From: Amoebidium appalachense
Taxonomy: Eukaryota > Protista > Ichthyosporea
Assembly: GCA_963693365.1 (NCBI GenBank)
Contig: CAVNZM010000004.1
Span: forward strand, 6,450,564 to 6,514,563
Direction of reading: 5' to 3'
Length of the DNA: 64,000 bases
The notes under the pieces are model-generated. The model saw nothing but the letters and a program-made list of their open reading frames with translations. It searched no databases and was not told the origin of the DNA. The number at the start of each line of letters is the position of its first letter. The first letter of the stretch is position 1. This document shows, one piece after another, positions 49,883-64,000 of the stretch. A program made the position numbers and the translations under genes.

Positions 49883-50018
49883 AGACACACACACACAGAC
49901 TTAGCTTAGCTGAGCACATAGATAGCACCGGGTCCCTAAGTAGTGTACTGTTGGTGCTATGTGGTAGACGGTAGTTTCCCTTGAGGGCCTGCAAATTTTT
50001 TCCGGGAACAAGACTTGA

Positions 50019-50090
<72 letters not shown>
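49697..50090. repeat. Two diverged copies of a ~125-bp unit, each followed by (CA)n
   Basis: AGCTTAGCTGAGCACATAGATAGCACCGG...TGATAAAATAACAC at about 49697 and 49903. Confidence 0.88.
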
Positions 50091-50093
<3 letters not shown>

Positions 50094-50094
50094 T

Positions 50095-50133
<39 letters not shown>

Positions 50134-51143
50134 ACACACACACACACACACACACATGTGCATGCATACACCCATTCACCCACCGTACTTCCTGCACTAG
50201 TCAAATGGTACATGTACTGTGCCAATGTACAGTATTGGTACAGTGACATGATAGTAATACTGACAAATACAAACTCAGCTAGAAGTACTGTATATAAATT
50301 GAAACATTTCACTTTGAACGGTCGTGCACAATAGGGCTCCTGGCTTGAATGACTTAAAATCAATTCAAGTTCATATCTACTACTAGCTGGTGGTACCAGT
50401 AGTGATACCGTATCTGGCACTGAATAACAGACATAAACGGAAAGTATTTATACACCTACCCAGAGTGCAACGAGTCCAGGGGTTGCACTTTCGGTGGGTT
50501 TGGTGACTACATCCAGGTTATACGCAAGGGGTGAAGACAAACTTAGTGCTTTGGGCGGTTCGTCGCTGACTAGTGCAACGGGAGGAAACAAGCAGGTTAA
50601 CAACGTCCTCCTGCTGAAGTACATGTATCTGGATGGCGTCACGATTGCGGATTGCTATAGATAGATAGATAGTATTTGTTGTATTCTAGTTTCGTGCACA
50701 TGCCCGGCTATACATGTGTATTCCTGCAGGCCGGGGTGTGGAGGTGCATGTAGAGCCCGTGCATGCTGTGAAGACAGTTTCCAGCGAAAAGGCCAAAAAT
50801 CAAGTGTTTATGGTAAAGGAAGTTGCACGGATGACAATTGTACATGTTGGTTGTGCAGTGCATTAGTGTTGTTATGCCATAACTATATTGTTAGTGTAAT
50901 AGTTAAAAGAAATATGGTGTAACTGCCGGTGACTATAATAATTATTCGTTCTTTTTGCTAGGTCCTAGGACAAAAATTCTACGGCTGTATTAGCGACATT
51001 CTTCAAAAAGGTATTTGAGTACTAGGTAGCAATAAAAATGGGTCAACAAACTCTGGAGTACATGGTTTTGTACGATCATTGGAGCACACCCCGTGTGTGT
51101 GTGTCTGAGCTGTAGATGTCTGTTACTGGCTCTGTGTGTGCAC

Positions 51144-51185
<42 letters not shown>

Positions 51186-52193
51186 GAGGACGGGGCCCCT
51201 TCCCGTTAAACAGCTTTCATCATGATGTCAAGAACATCGCCTACACGATGGACACAGGCAAGACAATTATCTGTAACTCAGTGGGGGTTCATGGATGGCG
51301 GCGGCCCAAGGGGGGGAAGGGGGGGAGGATTGGGGGGGATGGGATAGTGTGCATGTTCCAGTATGTATCTTTCAGAGTTGCTAGAGAGGTAGGGTTTGCA
51401 ACAGATTAACAGATGGTACAGATTACATGCGCCCGACTGAAGTAATTCCTGAGGCGCAGCTTGGCCCATTTTTTTTTATGTGCATACTGATCCACAGTTA
51501 CGGTACTACAGTGACTGTTTCCTGCTGCATCTTTACAGTAACTCTCATACTTCTTGCTTTGCACGATACCTTGTAAGGCGTGCTAATTAGAGCGCTCTAG
51601 CTATAGGCAAATGCACACATGGGATACACGGCTTTGTGTTCCTACACTGTGACATATGATGGAATCAGCAACTGCAGATAGCGGGGAATGTTTTTTCGTG
51701 CGCTTTTAGAATCTGGACTGTGGCATAGTAAAGTGCCAATGCATATGCATGAATATGATGTTAATCTTTTGTGATCTAGCTTTTTGAAGGCCTTGAAAGC
51801 AACATTCGGAATAGAGGGTAGAGAAATGTCAAGTCTCGTTGAGAATGCACTAAATCACTATATCTTTCGCAAGCACTCGGTCTGGCCCGGCGTAGTCACG
51901 TGATGGTTTTGAAATATGCTGAAGTCGAGTCTTTGAATTTTCAGAATTCCAAGTTGGTGAGCTCAATTGATGTGTACAGACATCTGTACTAAAAAGGGGG
52001 AGAAGGGGGGGGGGAATCGATGATGGGAACCTAGGGAATCTACCGTGGAACACGTGCCCATCATAAGGCACTAAATACATAAATAGAAAAGCCAGGTGGT
52101 AGCTTTTACACACAGTAGCAGGTTCACATAGATTTTGTAGAAGCCCAGGTGAAAGCAGTTTCTGACTCGTATCAGATTCAACACCGTCAGACA

Positions 52194-60512
<8,319 letters not shown>

Positions 60513-62711
60513 TCTCAGATTAAAAACCCGTGTGCTAATGAGTAGAAGAGGCGTATGTAGCGAACGATTACCAAAATGTAGCCATGCCTTGCTACCGTGT
60601 TGGTGTAACAGTTGTTAATAAAGATTGGATTTGCACGTTTCGGGTCTCAAAGATACTACACTGTAATGGTAAATGCTACATGACATGTCCCACTTTGAAT
60701 AGGACTTCTCTCTCACTGACATAAAAAAAGTAAAAATGACAATATTCTTCTACCGCTAGCGCTGATAGTTTCTTCTTTCCAATCAAGCCTCAGTTAACTT
60801 TCAAAAGCGGAAGGAACGAAAATCATCCAACCAAAGGAAGAAAGAAAGAAAGGAGAAAAAAACTCTAAAAAGAAAGAAGGAAGGAAGAATGACAGAAGGA
60901 AAGGGTCCACAAACTTAACCCAAAAGCACAGCTGAATTTTAAAAGAAAACTGACCCGCGAATCTGCATTTGTGCTTGCATTATAGCTGGGTGGTGCAAAT
61001 TCGTACGCGCTACGGGAAACGGTCACACGTGTATGGCGTCAGGTTTCGTCAAATTTGTTACATGTGTTCCCATGCCCTATGATCATGGGGATTGGAACCG
61101 TGACGTGAATTCGAACACCTGGCATGGCCCACGTGCAGTGCCACTCACTGTGTACATGTTGAAGCACAAAATGGACTGATGATCATACATAGCCTACTAG
61201 TAATTGAGCCGAATGCAGGTGAGTGCACCAAGCAAATTACAGCCTTATGGAGCCTCTGGGTTATGAAAAGTAGTGTAAGTGAATAGGCAAATTGGATTAC
61301 TAACATAGTTATAAGGGTAAAACAAAACATGACTGGCCAGTGCGCCTTTTGATTATTTTAGGACCCTCAAATCCAAGTGCACCGATTCTGAGACCGAACC
61401 TGCACCAGGCAACAGGTCAACCTGCACAGTCACCAGCAGCAGCACACTGACAGTGTGCGGGATGCCTAGGAAGCCTAGAATTTTAGTCGTAGCGTATTCA
61501 TGATCCTTTATATGGTTCGCTCAACTGGATAACCCAATAAATAATAAGCCGGGGCCAAGAGTCTTGCTGCATCCTTCTGATCCGCACGGCCATTTGCATG
61601 CATATGGCTGGTCGCGTGGATACGAGCATGCATATTGCAGGCCGCGTCAGGGCAGCAGCGACAGAAAATAAATAACAGTATCCAATGTCTAATGGTGAAT
61701 GCTACACTGTGGCCAGGGTAGAACTAATGTGCACCTGCATTGAACGCACTATTAAGTTGTTTTGTTCAAGAAGTTCGCTTTCAAGCTGGCAACAGCCGGC
61801 TGTGTCACCTGTGTGGGCCATGTGCTTGGCTGGTCGCAGTTCGCAAGTTGAGCAGGGTGATGACGCAAGCAGGATCCCCAAAAACTTCCTATTGTGGGGC
61901 GGGTCGTATGTGTGTAACCATGCTCCCGGGAATTTGAAACCCCATTTCCATATGTGTGTAACAGTATGTAACTAGTAACTACGGGAAATGGAGCTTCGTT
62001 ATACTAAAATACCCCTTTTTAGTGTAAATTTGTTGATTTTTGCTATATGTATGATCACATGATTTTTGCTATATGTATGACCACATGCACACAGTCCTAT
62101 GTCTGTAGCGGAATTTTACGTGGCCTAAACCTCGAAACTGGAAAATCGAAATCCGCTGTTACACACATACGACTTCGCCCCACAAGTATGAGTTTTTGGG
62201 GATCCGCGAGCACGGTTTAGTAACCAATCACTGCAGGGCAAGTGGTGCTTAGTTGACCAATCGGAGCTCATCTCATTTCTGTTGCCAAATTGGGTCATGG
62301 TTGCCGCGTTTGAGGCTCACGCTCCTCGAGCTCCCGACCTTGAAGCCAGAAAGCGCCTATCATACCATGGCCATAACGAAACAAGTCTTTACTCCGAAGG
62401 GAAAAAGCCGTTGTGAGATGCTTGGAGGGTGGATTTGAGGGAACTATAAAGAAGAAGAAGAAGAGAGTGAGAGAAAGGAAGAGGAAGAGAAAAAAATTAG
62501 TAGTTGGTGGGGAAAGAAACGATACGCAAACAGAGAATCAAAGAGCACACCGAAAAATGGTGATGTCTTAACTGGACAATCTGACTTCACGATCAACCTA
62601 AAAGGAATGAAGCTTACGAGCGGTCGTTTGTTAATTCCTCAGTATCATGTAACGCGCGCCATAGTGACTTGAGTTTTGGATAGCTCTTAGAAGAACGTTT
62701 TCCTAGCATAC

Positions 62712-63165
62712 TGGTAAGAGTATAGTCACTTCTGGCCCTTCCTCTTTTTGCGCTGTTGCTACCCTTTTAAAATTTAGTCTTCTCGTTCCCTCTTTTTTAT
62801 ATTTTTTGGAAAAACCCCTAGAAAGTTCGTTCATATAGCGCAAATAAACGCCACTGGTGGTGCTTTGGTCATACTCGGAAAGTAGCACCACAGCAGGAGA
62901 AACCTTGGCTGCCTTCGCTTCAAGAGCAACATGCGGATCTATGGTAAGTGGTCGGTAATCAAAACACACATGCCAGTGCAACTATAGAAAAAAACCTTGA
63001 TTAACGTCAAAGCAGTCATATGTATCCTTTTCTCTGCCAGTGTGTTTTGTGGTGGGAACTATAACGCATAGAAACCTAGGCGAATCTGTCGAGTGTGAGC
63101 ATACCTGCAAGTGTACTCATAACATCCCCCTTTGCAGATTGCTGTTGCCTTTGAAATTCCCCTTG
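62712..63165 (-). CDS. Possible exons of another unidentified gene
   Basis: An exon ending ...MSTLA G|gtatgc (about 63105) joins in frame to catag|ATCCGCAT..., giving DPHVALEAKAAKVSPAVVLLSEYDQ...VTILLP|gtatgc. Start and end are unresolved. Confidence 0.3.
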
Positions 63166-63492
63166 CTACCTACACCGCCGTTCTGTTGGAAGGCATAAAA
63201 AATGGCGGACACACAGGACTCTGCCGGTGACGGTAAGGAAACTGAATGCTCGCTAGCCTTAGCTACATCTTGTGTGTAGGCACATACTAAAAGTTTGTGT
63301 GAATAAGGGCAACAGTAGAGCTGCATGCAAACGCACACAGACACATACATACAGACACGTGACGTGCACATGGACACATTCCAATATCACCCACGCACTC
63401 ACCAAAACATACACCTACACAAGCATACGTCTGCATGCTACTATGCCTGCACGCCCGCCCTCTGCACACACGCACACAAGCAGACACAGACA

Positions 63493-63577
<85 letters not shown>

Positions 63578-64000
63578 CATACACATGCGACACGACGAGC
63601 TCACGGGGACTTGTACAACCTGCATCCACACATCCACACATTCATACATGCCTGCATCCCCTCCACAACCCCCCCCACCTCTTCTCTCTCCTCCCCGACA
63701 GCCCTTGCGCCCATACACACACTTCGGTTTTGCATGCAAGGTGAATGGGTTGAAAGTCCAGGTTCTTTGAATTAGTTACCCCCGCCCCTCCTCCCCCCCC
63801 CCCTCCCCCCCACTCCTCCCCCCTCCCCTCCCCCCCCCCCGCTTCCCCCCCAAAGAATGGGTTCTATTCATAATTCATACTATTTGTGTGTGCTTTGCAA
63901 AAGCTGGTTGTGTTGTCCGTTGTAATGGTAGACTTTGTACTTTGTAACGAATTCTAAACCTCCTGCCACACACGCTGCGCACACAGGTGGTGCACACGGA

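Noticed and set aside
63022-63031. U12-like donor GTATCCTTTT on the plus strand
   Set aside because: No plus-strand exon or matching branch site was found.

Overview
Eukaryotic genomic DNA whose introns are packed with poly-G/poly-C runs and (CA)n/(GA)n microsatellites, so nearly all long ORFs in the track are repeat artefacts. Manual splicing gives: a 5'-truncated LINE ORF2 running off the left edge (-), a 19-exon mitochondrial-type threonyl-tRNA synthetase (-), two head-to-head paralogs of a plant-type class IV D-amino acid transaminase/ADC lyase, an INSIG gene (-) with a clear U12-type intron, a divergently transcribed Atg17-family gene (+) with a ~550-aa low-complexity tail, and one or two unidentified spliced genes (-). 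Animal-like INSIG, fungal-like Atg17 and a minor intron suggest a unicellular opisthokont (inference only). The most unusual signal is a multi-subfamily intronic element. Its copies share a 3' end followed by poly(C) rather than poly(A), are variably 5'-truncated, usually at a C-run, are always sense to the host gene, and carry an RNA fold with compensatory base changes including a pseudoknot. All of this was read by eye, without database searches.
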